The translations under genes were made by a program, and so were the position numbers. From NCBI GenBank assembly GCA_051362555.1, contig CM120640.1, positions 49,516,788 through 49,580,787 on the forward strand: a stretch of 64,000 bases of DNA, given 5' to 3'. This DNA comes from Lingula anatina (taxonomy: Eukaryota; Animalia; Brachiopoda). Below are positions 10,403-22,199 of the stretch, one piece after another; within the stretch, counting starts at the first letter, position 1; each line of letters starts with the position of its first letter. The notes beneath the pieces are model-generated. The model was not told where the DNA came from, did no database searches, and saw nothing but the letters and a program-made list of their open reading frames with translations.

Positions 10403-12450
10403 ATGAGGTAAATAATTATTTTGAAGCAGGTAGATTGGCTGACTTTATTGATCAATGGAAACTGATTACAAGTGACCTATTTATTCTTGACATTGTAAAG
10501 CATTGTCATATTAATCTAGATTTCAACGGTGGGATTCCTGCCATTGTGAAATCAAATTGCAAGTTTAATAGGTTAGAAATGTCCATTATTGACATAGAAA
10601 TTAAAAAATTATTGGACATGAAAGTGATTATTCCTGTGAATAGTGAAGCAGGCCAAATTTTATCACCAATTTTTTTGAGACAAAAAGAAAATGGTGAATA
10701 CAGATTAATTCTGAATCTAAAGGAATTAAATCGGTTCATTCCATATCAGCATTTTAAGATGGAAACCTTTGAGAAAACCCTACCATTGATAACCAAAAAT
10801 GTAAAAATGGGGTCTGTCGATATCCGTCATGCTTATTATTCAATTAAACTTGCAGATGAACAGCAAAAATTTTTTAGATTCCAGTGGAGGGATAAAATCT
10901 ACCAATATACCTGCTTACCCAATGGGGTCAGTGAAGGCCCGCGATTGTTTACAAAACTTCTTAAACCAGTTTTTGGGAAACTGAGAAGTTTAGGTTATGT
11001 TAGTTCAGGGTACATTGATGACAGTTTAATAATTGGCAGTGATGATTTAGAATGTACGGAGAACTTGAATGCAACAGTTACACTTCTGTCCAAATTGGGT
11101 TTCATCATAAATGAAGACAAATCAGTTTTGAGACCAACAAGCAAGTTAAAATTTTTGGGAAATGTTATTGATTCTGACAGAATGATAGTAACACTGCCAC
11201 TTGACAGGCAGGAGAAAATAATTTCTGCATGCGAAGAGTTGTATAATGTTTCAAAGGCACCTATTAGACAAGTGGCGAGAGTCATTGGGTTGTTAGTAGC
11301 AAGTTTTTCAGCTGTGGATTATGGCAAACTGTACTATAGGAAGTTAGAAAGAGCAAAGATTAAGGCTTTACAAGAATCGAAGGGTAACTATGATGCACCC
11401 ATGATAATATCAAACAGTATGAGGTCAGATTTAATTTGGTGGATTGTCAACTTGAAATCCCAGCATAGGGTTATTGCTAGACCAAACCCCTCAGAGACTT
11501 TACATACAGACGCATCCACTTTAGGTTGGGGTGCAAGTTATAAAAACAATAATTTTGGAGGTAGATGGACGGATGTAGAGGGTAAATTGCCTATTAATGT
11601 ATTAGAATTAATGGCCATTTTGAATGCACTCAAGTCCCTCAAACGTGATCTTAAGTCAAAGCATATTAAGGTGATGTCAGATAACACTACGGCAGTGTCA
11701 TACATTAACAACATGGGAGGCACAGTTTCTGAAAACTGTAATAAAGTAGCATGTGACATATGGATTTGGTGTATATCACATGATGTCTGGTTAACATGTA
11801 CACATATAGCTGGCAAAAATAATGAGGCAGCAGATAAGGCTTCCAGAGAATTCAAGGATGATCTTGAATGGAAATTAGACAGCAAGATTTTTCATAAGAT
11901 ATGTAATTTTTGGGGAATCCCAGATATAGACTGCTTTGCATCTAGAATAAATGCTCAAGTAGAAACATATTGTTCATGGAAGCCTGATCCAAACTGCTCT
12001 TTTGTTGATGCTTTTACCATTGACTGGGAAACTTTTAACTCAGTTTATTTGTTTCCACCTTTTAGCTTACTGGGAAACTGTGTGCAGAAAGTCAGACAGG
12101 ACAGAGCCAAGGGAATCATTGTAGCACCAATGTGGCCCACACAAGCATGGTTTCCGAGACTGATGGAATTGTTGGTGGAGAAACCAGTCATAATACAGAA
12201 AAAGAAGAATCTTTTAAGACTTCCTCACCTGCAGTTGAAACACCCTTTGGAAGGGAAATTAAGACTGATTGCTTGCAAAGTGTCAGGAATAGTTTCAGAG
12301 AACGAGGGTTTTCAGAGGACTCTACCAAAATACTTATGTTGTCTTGGAAAACAGGGACACAAAAACAATATAACACACACATTAACAGGTGGTTTCAGTA
12401 CTGTAGTAAAAGGACGATTACTCCACTTTCGCCAACTTTGGAAGCAGTAA
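10333..12450 (+). CDS. DIRS ORF2: reverse transcriptase + RNase H + Dam-like methyltransferase domain
   Basis: YRLILNLK, LPNG, YIDD (RT); TDAS, INVLELMA, SDN (RNase H); DCFAS, YLFPPF (MTase-like). The frame is open from 10333, overlapping the end of gag. Confidence 0.92.
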   Translation, partial: SWSRAFFCKKLCTQGTEESAQAINEVNNYFEAGRLADFIDQWKLITSDLFILDIVKHCHINLDFNGGIPAIVKSNCKFNRLEMSIIDIEIKKLLDMKVIIPVNSEAGQILSPIFLRQKENGEYRLILNLKELNRFIPYQHFKMETFEKTLPLITKNVKMGSVDIRHAYYSIKLADEQQKFFRFQWRDKIYQYTCLPNGVSEGPRLFTKLLKPVFGKLRSLGYVSSGYIDDSLIIGSDDLECTENLNATVTLLSKLGFIINEDKSVLRPTSKLKFLGNVIDSDRMIVTLPLDRQEKIISACEELYNVSKAPIRQVARVIGLLVASFSAVDYGKLYYRKLERAKIKALQESKGNYDAPMIISNSMRSDLIWWIVNLKSQHRVIARPNPSETLHTDASTLGWGASYKNNNFGGRWTDVEGKLPINVLELMAILNALKSLKRDLKSKHIKVMSDNTTAVSYINNMGGTVSENCNKVACDIWIWCISHDVWLTCTHIAGKNNEAADKASREFKDDLEWKLDSKIFHKICNFWGIPDIDCFASRINAQVETYCSWKPDPNCSFVDAFTIDWETFNSVYLFPPFSLLGNCVQKVRQDRAKGIIVAPMWPTQAWFPRLMELLVEKPVIIQKKKNLLRLPHLQLKHPLEGKLRLIACKVSGIVSENEGFQRTLPKYLCCLGKQGHKNNITHTLTGGFSTVVKGRLLHFRQLWKQ

Positions 12451-13253
12451 TCGAGTTTTTAACTGAACAATTTAATAAAGGTTTGGGTTATGAGAGTTTG
12501 AACACTGCACGTGGAGCTCTCTCAGCTTTAGGAATAAACTTTGATGGATTCAGAATTGGAAATCACCCATTAATTATCAGATACATGTAGGGTGTGTTTG
12601 CAGCCAGACCATCACAACCCAGATACACAGAGGTGTGGGATGTTGAAAGAGTATTGACATATTTGAGGAAACTTTCTCCTGTTAAGCATATAACTCTCAA
12701 AGATTTGACATTAAAGCTAGTGATGCTCATGGCTCTGACTCAAGCTGCACGTACACAAACTTTGCAGTTGTTAAGTTTTCAAGGTTATAAAAAATTGAGA
12801 ACTGAGTTTTTGTTCAAGTTAGATGGTTCTTTAAAACAAAATAGGCCAGGTTATAATGTTGTTTCAGTATCTTTTAAGGCCTACCCTCCAGACAGGAGGC
12901 TTTGTGTGTATACTGTATTGAAGGAATATTTGTTTCGCACAAAAGTCATGAGAAATGACAAGAACTGTGCACGTTTGTTAATAAGTTACATGAAACCACA
13001 TCATAATGTCGCAAGAGACACAGTAGCAAGATGGATAAAAACTGTTATGAGTAGAGCTGGTATAGACACTTATACATTTAGCTCTCACAGTGTTAGAGCT
13101 GCAGCTACCTCTAAGGCAAAAGCCTCTGCAGTACCTATATCAGTCATTATTGACAAAGCTGGTTGGTCTAAGAAAAGTACTTTTGCGAAGTTCTATGACA
13201 AGCGCATTGTAAGTAATCAAGACAGATTCCAGGATGGAGTTCTGGATAAATAA
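12132..13253 (+). pseudogene. DIRS ORF3 tyrosine recombinase interrupted by one in-frame TAG (12588-12590)
   Basis: SAM-like N-domain, then RYM*GVFAARP, ART, HSVR, AGW..STFAKFY (R-H-R-W-Y catalytic set). Same frame on both sides of the stop. Confidence 0.9.
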
Positions 13254-13718
13254 AGAATCTTTTGAAATGAATGAAATGTTTGTCACATCAAGCTTTAAAG
13301 TCTCAGTTAAGACCAACGAAATTCTTCTTACGAAAAAGAATTTAAAAAATTAAACGAGACTTACCTTGGTTAAGTCGAAGTTTGATTTCAATTCTTTGAG
13401 TAAAGAATTGAGGGAGGGCTTAACTGCCACCCTCCCACCCAACTTTGGGTTACAGCTCATTGCTTGTATTATAGAGGAAGAGAACTGTGGGGAATTAATG
13501 TAATTAATTCCATGTGGTTAATGTGACAAACACTTTGAAAAGTGCCCTGCGCGCGCAACCGGATCTCAGTTAAGCCCTCCCTCAATTCTTTACTCAAAGA
13601 ATTGAAATCAAACTTCGACTTAACCAAGGTAAGTCTCGTTTAATTTTTTAAATTTTTGCAAAACATGCGATGGAATTTCCAATTTACTTGTGGTCCATCC
13701 ATTGACAATTGAAGAAGG

Positions 13719-16492
13719 TTGTTTACAAAACTTCTTAAACCAGTTTTTGGGAAACTGAGAAGTTTAGGTTATGTTAGTTCAGGGTACATTGATGACAGTT
13801 TAATAATTGGCAGTGATGATTTAGAATGTACGGAGAACTTGAATGCAACAGTTACACTTCTGTCCAAATTGGGTTTCATCATAAATGAAGACAAATCAGT
13901 TTTGAGACCAACAAGCAAGTTAAAATTTTTGGGAAATGTTATTGATTCTGACAGAATGATAGTAACACTGCCACTTGACAGGCAGGAGAAAATAATTTCT
14001 GCATGCGAAGAGTTGTATAATGTTTCAAAGGCACCTATTAGACAAGTGGCGAGAGTCATTGGGTTGTTAGTAGCAAGTTTTTCAGCTGTGGATTATGGCA
14101 AACTGTACTATAGGAAGTTAGAAAGAGCAAAGATTAAGGCTTTACAAGAATCGAAGGGTAACTATGATGCACCCATGATAATATCAAACAGTATGAGGTC
14201 AGATTTAATTTGGTGGATTGTCAACTTGAAATCCCAGCATAGGGTTATTGCTAGACCAAACCCCTCAGAGACTTTACATACAGACGCATCCACTTTAGGT
14301 TGGGGTGCAAGTTATAAAAACAATAATTTTGGAGGTAGATGGACGGATGTAGAGGGTAAATTGCCTATTAATGTATTAGAATTAATGGCCATTTTGAATG
14401 CACTCAAGTCCCTCAAACGTGATCTTAAGTCAAAGCATATTAAGGTGATGTCAGATAACACTACGGCAGTGTCATACATTAACAACATGGGAGGCACAGT
14501 TTCTGAAAACTGTAATAAAGTAGCATGTGACATATGGATTTGGTGTATATCACATGATGTCTGGTTAACATGTACACATATAGCTGGCAAAAATAATGAG
14601 GCAGCAGATAAGGCTTCCAGAGAATTCAAGGATGATCTTGAATGGAAATTAGACAGCAAGATTTTTCATAAGATATGTAATTTTTGGGGAATCCCAGATA
14701 TAGACTGCTTTGCATCTAGAATAAATGCTCAAGTAGAAACATATTGTTCATGGAAGCCTGATCCAAACTGCTCTTTTGTTGATGCTTTTACCATTGACTG
14801 GGAAACTTTTAACTCAGTTTATTTGTTTCCACCTTTTAGCTTACTGGGAAACTGTGTGCAGAAAGTCAGACAGGACAGAGCCAAGGGAATCATTGTAGCA
14901 CCAATGTGGCCCACACAAGCATGGTTTCCGAGACTGATGGAATTGTTGGTGGAGAAACCAGTCATAATACAGAAAAAGAAGAATCTTTTAAGACTTCCTC
15001 ACCTGCAGTTGAAACACCCTTTGGAAGGGAAATTAAGACTGATTGCTTGCAAAGTGTCAGGAATAGTTTCAGAGAACGAGGATTTTCAGAGGACTCTACC
15101 AAAATACTTATGTTGTCTTGGAAAACAGGGACACAAAAACAATATAACACACACATTAACAGGTGGTTTCAGTACTGTAGTAAAAGGACGATTACTCCAC
15201 TTTCGCCAACTTTGGAAGCAGTAATCGAGTTTTTAACTGAACAATTTAATAAAGGTTTGGGTTATGAGAGTTTGAACACTGCACGTGGAGCTCTCTCAGC
15301 TTTAGGAATAAACTTTGATGGATTCAGAATTGGAAATCACCCATTAATTATCAGATACATGTAGGGTGTGTTTGCAGCCAGACCATCACAACCCAGATAC
15401 ACAGAGGTGTGGGATGTTGAAAGAGTATTGACATATTTGAGGAAACTTTCTCCTGTTAAGCATATAACTCTCAAAGATTTGACATTAAAGCTAGTGATGC
15501 TCATGGCTCTGACTCAAGCTGCACGTACACAAACTTTGCAGTTGTTAAGTTTTCAAGGTTATAAAAAATTGAGAACTGAGTTTTTGTTCAAGTTAGATGG
15601 TTCTTTAAAACAAAATAGGCCAGGTTATAATGTTGTTTCAGTATCTTTTAAGGCCTACCCTCCAGACAGGAGGCTTTGTGTGTATACTGTATTGAAGGAA
15701 TATTTGTTTCGCACAAAAGTCATGAGAAATGACAAGAACTGTGCACGTTTGTTAATAAGTTACATGAAACCACATCATAATGTCGCAAGAGACACAGTAG
15801 CAAGATGGATAAAAACTGTTATGAGTAGAGCTGGTATAGACACTTATACATTTAGCTCTCACAGTGTTAGAGCTGCAGCTACCTCTAAGGCAAAAGCCTC
15901 TGCAGTACCTATATCAGTCATTATTGACAAAGCTGGTTGGTCTAAGAAAAGTACTTTTGCGAAGTTCTATGACAAGCGCATTGTAAGTAATCAAGACAGA
16001 TTCCAGGATGGAGTTCTGGATAAATAAAGAATCTTTTGAAATGAATGAAATGTTTGTCACATCAAGCTTTAAAGTCTCAGTTAAGACCAACGAAATTCTT
16101 CTTACGAAAAAGAATTTAAAAAATTAAACGAGACTTACCTTGGTTAAGTCGAAGTTTGATTTCAATTCTTTGAGTAAAGAATTGAGGGAGGGCTTAACTG
16201 CCACCCTCCCACCCAACTTTGGGTTACAGCTCATTGCTTGTATTATAGAGGAAGAGAACTGTGGGGAATTAATGTAATTAATTCCATGTGGTTAATGTGA
16301 CAAACACTTTGAAAAGTGCCCTGCGCGCGCAACCGGATCTCAGTTAAGCCCTCCCTCAATTCTTTACTCAAAGAATTGAAATCAAACTTCGACTTAACCA
16401 AGGTAAGTCTCGTTTAATTTTTTAAATTTTTGCAAAACATGCGATGGAATTTCCAATTTACTTGTGGTCCATCCATTGACAATTGAAGAAGG
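13719..16492 (+). repeat. Tandem duplication of 10945-13718 (2774 bp): 5'-truncated RT-RH-MTase, YR, ICR, right end and ~65 bp of host hAT flank
   Basis: Constant offset of 2774. TTGT microhomology at 10945, 13719 and 16493. The only difference noticed is G12308 vs A15082. The same YR stop recurs at 15362-15364. Confidence 0.95.
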
Positions 16493-17115
16493 TTGTGTAA
16501 CACACCCTTCAGGTTTGCAACACCTTCATCAAAGTGTTTAATCATATCATCTGCTTTTCCATGTCCCATAAAGACACTGTTCAAATATCGTGTTTGAACC
16601 CGATTGTTTTTTGAGTCCCAATATCTAATATGAACATCCATCTGTTTGGTGTGTGTGGTCTTGTTTAGAGATTTCATCAAATATTCGAATGTGTATTGCA
16701 TATTTTTGTACCTGCGATAAAAAACACTTTAGGATTTTACCTTGTGTCACATTAGGTTTCAGTTATATAGGCAATAATAATGTAAAAAAGATCTTTTTAA
16801 CAATGATGATGTTTTAATCATAGGTCTAATGATACGTTAAATCATCAATGCAATATCTCAATATTTCCGACTAACGATTATAAAAATTCATTACCTTTAC
16901 TGCCAATACTGGTATCCATTTTGGACTGATTAAAGAACACAGCAATTGGCATCCCGGTTTTTCTCAATCTCGATCTCTTGACGTTTTCCATGTGTTTGAA
17001 ACTTTTAGTGGCATGGGATTTAACTGCACATATTCCCATGTTGCCTAAGCTAAATGTCTTCTTACACACCATGCATCTGGTGCTGTTCGGATCTTTGTCC
17101 CTCTCCAGCCAATCA

Positions 17116-17117
<2 letters not shown>

Positions 17118-17154
<37 letters not shown>
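17118..17154. repeat. (TA)n microsatellite
   Basis: Direct reading. Confidence 0.95.
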
Positions 17155-17156
<2 letters not shown>

Positions 17157-18639
17157 GTGACTTTATTATGTGATCATCAGTTAAGATTTCTTTCTTTAAT
17201 GAAATAATAATATGTATTCTTTACACAATGATTCATAAAGCACAATTGTAAGCTTTTCACTATAAGAGAAAAATACAAGGAGAAAACCGAAGTGTGTGTG
17301 AGACTCAGAGATCCTATGGTAGAGTTCCAACCTCCTCTAATTCGTTAAAGGTCCTGTATGACTTCAGAGAATGTGCTCAAACTGACTCAAGTGATCAATA
17401 AAAAAACCTTGAAGAAGACTGACCATGAGGTCTGAAACGAGGTCAAAAGCTAATGAATACTATCCCTTTATAAAGAATTGTAGCAAATTAAATACTTTCC
17501 CAAGGCCATAAACTGAATTTAAAATACAGGGTAGAATTCGACCACTTCTGAAGGCTGTATTACATAATGTTTTACATTATGATCCCCACCAATCTATACA
17601 CTACAATCCTTGTAGATGATTTCACTGGTATTTCTAATTATGGGAGTTGAAAAGTCCAGAACTAAAAATGCCATTGTGTAAAAAATTATTCACAAAACTC
17701 ACAGAAAAATAAATATAACATTTGAACTCCTGTAATGAATCATTAAGTAAGCCTACTGATAATGAGGCAGCTGTCAAATGCACAGACAAAAAGCACAGAA
17801 AAGTGCACAAAATGGGATAATTTTATCAAATTTGACACAATAATACATTATGCTTGACAGGAAAATCAACACCAAATTTTAATTTTGCCAAACAGGTAAC
17901 ACAGATATTAGGAACATGTATCAGTAGTATGAAACCGCAATCAGATTCAGACATTGTAGCAGCTGGGTCAGTGAAACTCTGTCACAGCTTCTCCCCTAAG
18001 TGCAATCAGTGGGTTATCAGCTTAATTGTCTGTCACGCCTCCTCCAGCAGCTGCAGGGTAATTAACCTGCATGTTTGCTCAGATTAATTACCTCCTAGCT
18101 GTTCGAGGAGGCAAGTCGGACAGTAAAGGTATAAGGATCTCATACAGAGTTGGACCAACCTAAGTACATGTAGTAGGATCTGTCTATCAGTATATTTATA
18201 AATTCAATATATTTGAAAAGTAAAATTATTTGCTATGTTTAATAATTATGTATTTATGTTGGGCGTTAACGGGAGTCACCCTAACAATTTTATGAAAAGG
18301 AGTAAAAGAGCGGAGCGTAACAGATTGTGAAATGTGTACCGACATACCATGGGCCCAGGGAGGAAATTATAGTTTTACAATAATTTCTGTATCTATCTCT
18401 ATTCCTAAAGCACACGGTAAGCATTTGGCACACGCCACTTGCGCTGTGCTGTTTTCTAATCGTCTGCGGGGGTATTTTAGTGTGATTTTTGCCTCTTACG
18501 CAGCTGAGCAAAATATCTAGCATGTTTGATATTTTTGGCCTCTCGATGGAAATGGCTCAGCGTGTATGGGCTGCAAGCACCGATTGCTCAAGTCATGCCA
18601 ACAATGAGCATGTGTCAGTAGCCAGAAACAAAGAAAACT

Positions 18640-18805
18640 GGCAGCCCCCAGCAAAGTCATCCATGTCCAGCTCCTTGAGTAAATTGTGAAAGGCCCCTTG
18701 CCTTTTCCTTCTCAAGATCCACTGCCTGCACCTAGTTTGACACCTTGCTGCCTTCTGTTGTCTGCATCACAACAGCAACAAAAAAAGTAACATCTCATCT
18801 TCCAT
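18640..18805 (-). pseudogene. PIF/Harbinger transposase N-terminal fragment
   Basis: Reads MEDEMLLFLLLL*..RCRQWILRRKRQGAFHNLLKELDMDD, resembling Harbinger/HARBI1-ALP1 N-termini. Confidence 0.55.
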
Positions 18806-21800
18806 TTCAGAATCAGGTTAAGGGCATATGTTTGAATATCAGTGAGTCCATAATAGCTTTATATATCCCAGGTGCATTTGCTCTGGACACTGCTTATATT
18901 CCCTCAAAATAAACACACCTTGATACAGAAGCGTGTATATACAGAGTTGGAAATAACTGCCCGTCCCAATGTCCTTGTCGGTCTAATTTCATGAAGGACG
19001 GGTAAAAATAATTTGGAGACCGTCCTGTGGTCGGGCCGCACTTTGAAGTCGTCAATAGATCTGAGCGTGAAACACCGCGTCTTTCTTGATTTTGATTTTC
19101 ACTATATATAAGTGCTTTCAATATAAATCACATGATCATTCCAAATATATGGGTCAGAGATACGTCATTACATCACCTCCGACTTTTACAGCGGGAAATT
19201 TCACGTGAACATTCCAAATATGGGAAAATAGGTCAGTTATACGTCATTAAATGACTACTTCCGACTTTTGTCGCGGGAAGATTCGCTGCAATAAGCCAAT
19301 CAAATGCAAGGTAACATCGGTAATATGATAAAGAAGACAATGTGGCTAGCTAATGTGGCGTACATTTTAACTTCCACGTCTTTAGAAACACCCACATGCT
19401 ACGAAAATTTCTTGGCCTTCCTGAAAAAAATCATGAAAAGTGACCAGCGACGGAGGTTCGTAAAGACTATGACCAGAACAAAAGGCAACGGACAATAGTT
19501 CCAAATTGGAGGGCAGAGTTCAAGTGGTTGATATGTGACGAGAACCGACAAATTTTATATTGCAACACGTGTCGTTCCGTTTACGGCCCGCTTTCTTCAA
19601 AATCGAACATTCCGGGGAAATTTAACAGATACAAAAATGGACCCTTTGTTAATGGATGCAAAAATTTAAGGCACGATGCCTTAAAAATTCACAAACAATC
19701 CGAAGGACACAGATTCGCCGAATCGTTTATTACCAAAAAAGCTGGAGAGTCAACGGCTGAAAAAACCCTCCTTAGCCTGAACAGAGCAGTGGCGGACAAA
19801 CTAGACAAACTTTTTAGATCAGCACACGCCATTGCAAAAAAATCAAGACCAAGAAGCGATTTTGTCTGGCAATGTCAATTAGACATGAAAAAAGGACTGG
19901 ATTTGGGGAACACATATCTCAACAACAAAAGTTGCAAAGAATTTATGGTCGCTATTGCGGAAGTGGAGCGGCGCAAAATTGAAGAAAAATTGGAAGAAGC
20001 CAAATTTGTTACCGTCAAAACAGATGGTTCCACTGACATCTCTGTCATAGAGAATGAGATTGTTTACATGCACTTTACAATTAAAGGCATCACTTATTGT
20101 TATTTTCTTGGACTAGTGGAGTGCGAGAGTGCCAATGCAATTGGTATTTATAACGCAATTTTGAATGCTTTGAAGTTCAGTCGTGTGGATGTTTTAGAAA
20201 GGATTGTGGCCTTTGCTGGAGATGGAGCAGCAGTAAATACAGGACACTTAAACGGTGTCATTTCACATTTTCGAAGAAATGTGAATGAATCAACAGTGAT
20301 GGTGCAGTGCTTTTCTCATAGGGTGGAATTGGGATATAAAGCCGCTCTCAAGGTAAGAATATCCGTACTCAAGTATTATCATACAAGAATATTACATGTA
20401 AATACTTTTGTGCAACAAATAGTAGATCTAAGTTGGTTATTCCATCCTGTTCATTATCAGGCAATTGAAACAAAGCAAAATTGGACAGAAATTAGATATA
20501 TCAATTTTGTCACATGAAACTACCAGTTCCATAATACCAGTACAGTTTATTTACTGATTATTCTTTACTTTAGTTTTGCTTTGGTGTAAGTGATTTTTTG
20601 TTGTTGTTTTTCAGGTAGCCCCAATGTTCACCAAAGTAAATGATCTATTAGATGGTTTGTTTAAATTTTACCACAAAAGTGCTCTTCAAAGGAAACAATT
20701 GAAGAGCAATTTTGTAGACTTGCAGATCTCTCAAGCTCTCCCAACAAGGGTGGGCGGTACACGCTGGCTAGGGCATGTGCAAACTGCCCTGAATATTCTC
20801 TGGAAGGGATACCAAGCATTTGTAACTCATTTAAGCCAGGTAAAATATGCAGTAAATTTATTGGAGAAATATATATATTTTTTGAATATTGAAAAAATAT
20901 TTTTGTATAGTACCAGTTAAAATGCCTTATGATGAAGGAAATCCAAACGTATGCTTATTTTTCACATTTGTTGAAATTTTGTGATTTTTTCTCATACTTC
21001 TTGCAGGCAGCTTTGAGAAGTAGTGGACAATCTGCTACTCAGTCCAAAGCCAAGCATCTAGTGAAACTCTTGAGATCTAAAGATGTGATAATATTTGCCC
21101 ATTTCCTGACTGATGTTGTGGCTGTTTTGACCAATCTCTCCATGTGCCTACAGAAAAGAGCAACATGTTTGTTTGAAGTTCACCAGGAGCTGGAGTGCAC
21201 AATTGCTAACATCAAGAAATTAGAAAATAGGTAAAATGTGTGCTTAGAGTAGGTGATTGTTGACATAGTTTGCTTCTTCAATGTGCTCATCACTTGCTGG
21301 TAGTCTATAGTTGCTCCTAAATTTTTAGTAGCTTGAATAACCTTAGCTATAGATTATATTCACAGTTTCACTTGCTTGAATCCCTTTGCTAGCAGCATAT
21401 GTTTTTATTTTTTTATTACAAAGCAACTTGTACATTTGTAGGCCTGGGCCTGCACTTAGAAGGGTAAGTGAGGGTGGAGACTCTTTCCAAGGAGAGCTTC
21501 TGTCTGGAGATGGCAGCTGTGATGCACAGATGAAAAGGGTGCTGGGTGCTTTGGTTGATAGTTTAGAACACAGATTTCAGGATGTGGAGAAAGGGTTGTT
21601 GAGTGCAACAAGAATTGCTGACCTCAAATCCTGGCCTACAAGTATTGATGAAGATGATGGTATTAATGATAACAATTTCATTGCAAATTTGAGTAATGCA
21701 TCCTGTAGCTTTGTCTTGGTCTGTGGTTCAAATAGCCTTGTTTGCTGTGGTCACTTATACTTTATATGCATTAAACGTTTCTGAAGTATACGAAAGTGTT

Positions 21801-22199
21801 TAAACACTACATTTAAATGTAATATAAGTAAAATGATGTACCAAACTGAAAGGAAATCCAAACTCAATCATTCAAACTGAAAGTAGGCCTACTCACTAAA
21901 TTGACTACATTCTTTTTTCCAGATTTTGGCATTGAGCAGGTGATTGTGTTGATGGAACATTTCAGGGAAAGGTTGGCTGGTGCAGGCATTCATGTAGATG
22001 GTATTGAGCCAGAATGGATAGTGTTAAAGAATTTACTGTATAAAAAGTAGGTTGCATATTTAAGGTTAACACAGCTTGTATTATTAAGAGTGTACAGCAG
22101 TATCAGTTTTGCTAAGAGTTCATGTTGTATTGCAAATGAAAGAATATAGAATTTGAGAAGCACTAAGTTGGAATTAATTGTATATATTAATTGTACATG

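Larger units (their letters stand above)
9014..13654 (+). mobile_element. Full-length DIRS1-type tyrosine-recombinase retrotransposon
   Basis: Left ITR 9045-9079 is inverted at ~13539-13574. The ICR (~13302-13427) is complementary to both the left terminus and the right extension (13566-13654). gag, RT-RH-MTase and YR ORFs overlap. ATT at both junctions, no conventional TSD. Confidence 0.95.
8203..17117 (-). mobile_element. Degraded hAT-like (SMDGP-type) DNA transposon split by the DIRS insertion
   Basis: CAGGGTTTGTAC terminus with TTTTCCAGGAC repeats. Transposase pieces CMVCKKTFSLGNMG..H (16878-17117), KQMDVHIRYWD..LSMDGPQVNWK (16426-16701) and IGSCGLHIIHGAFK..SPARR..FCDHR (8800-9016) rejoin in frame (CKN/LEKD) when the DIRS is removed. 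Confidence 0.8.

Noticed and set aside
13719-15224. Second independent DIRS element or separate 501-aa gene
   Set aside because: It is a tandem duplication starting mid-RT at a TTGT microhomology and it includes host flank.
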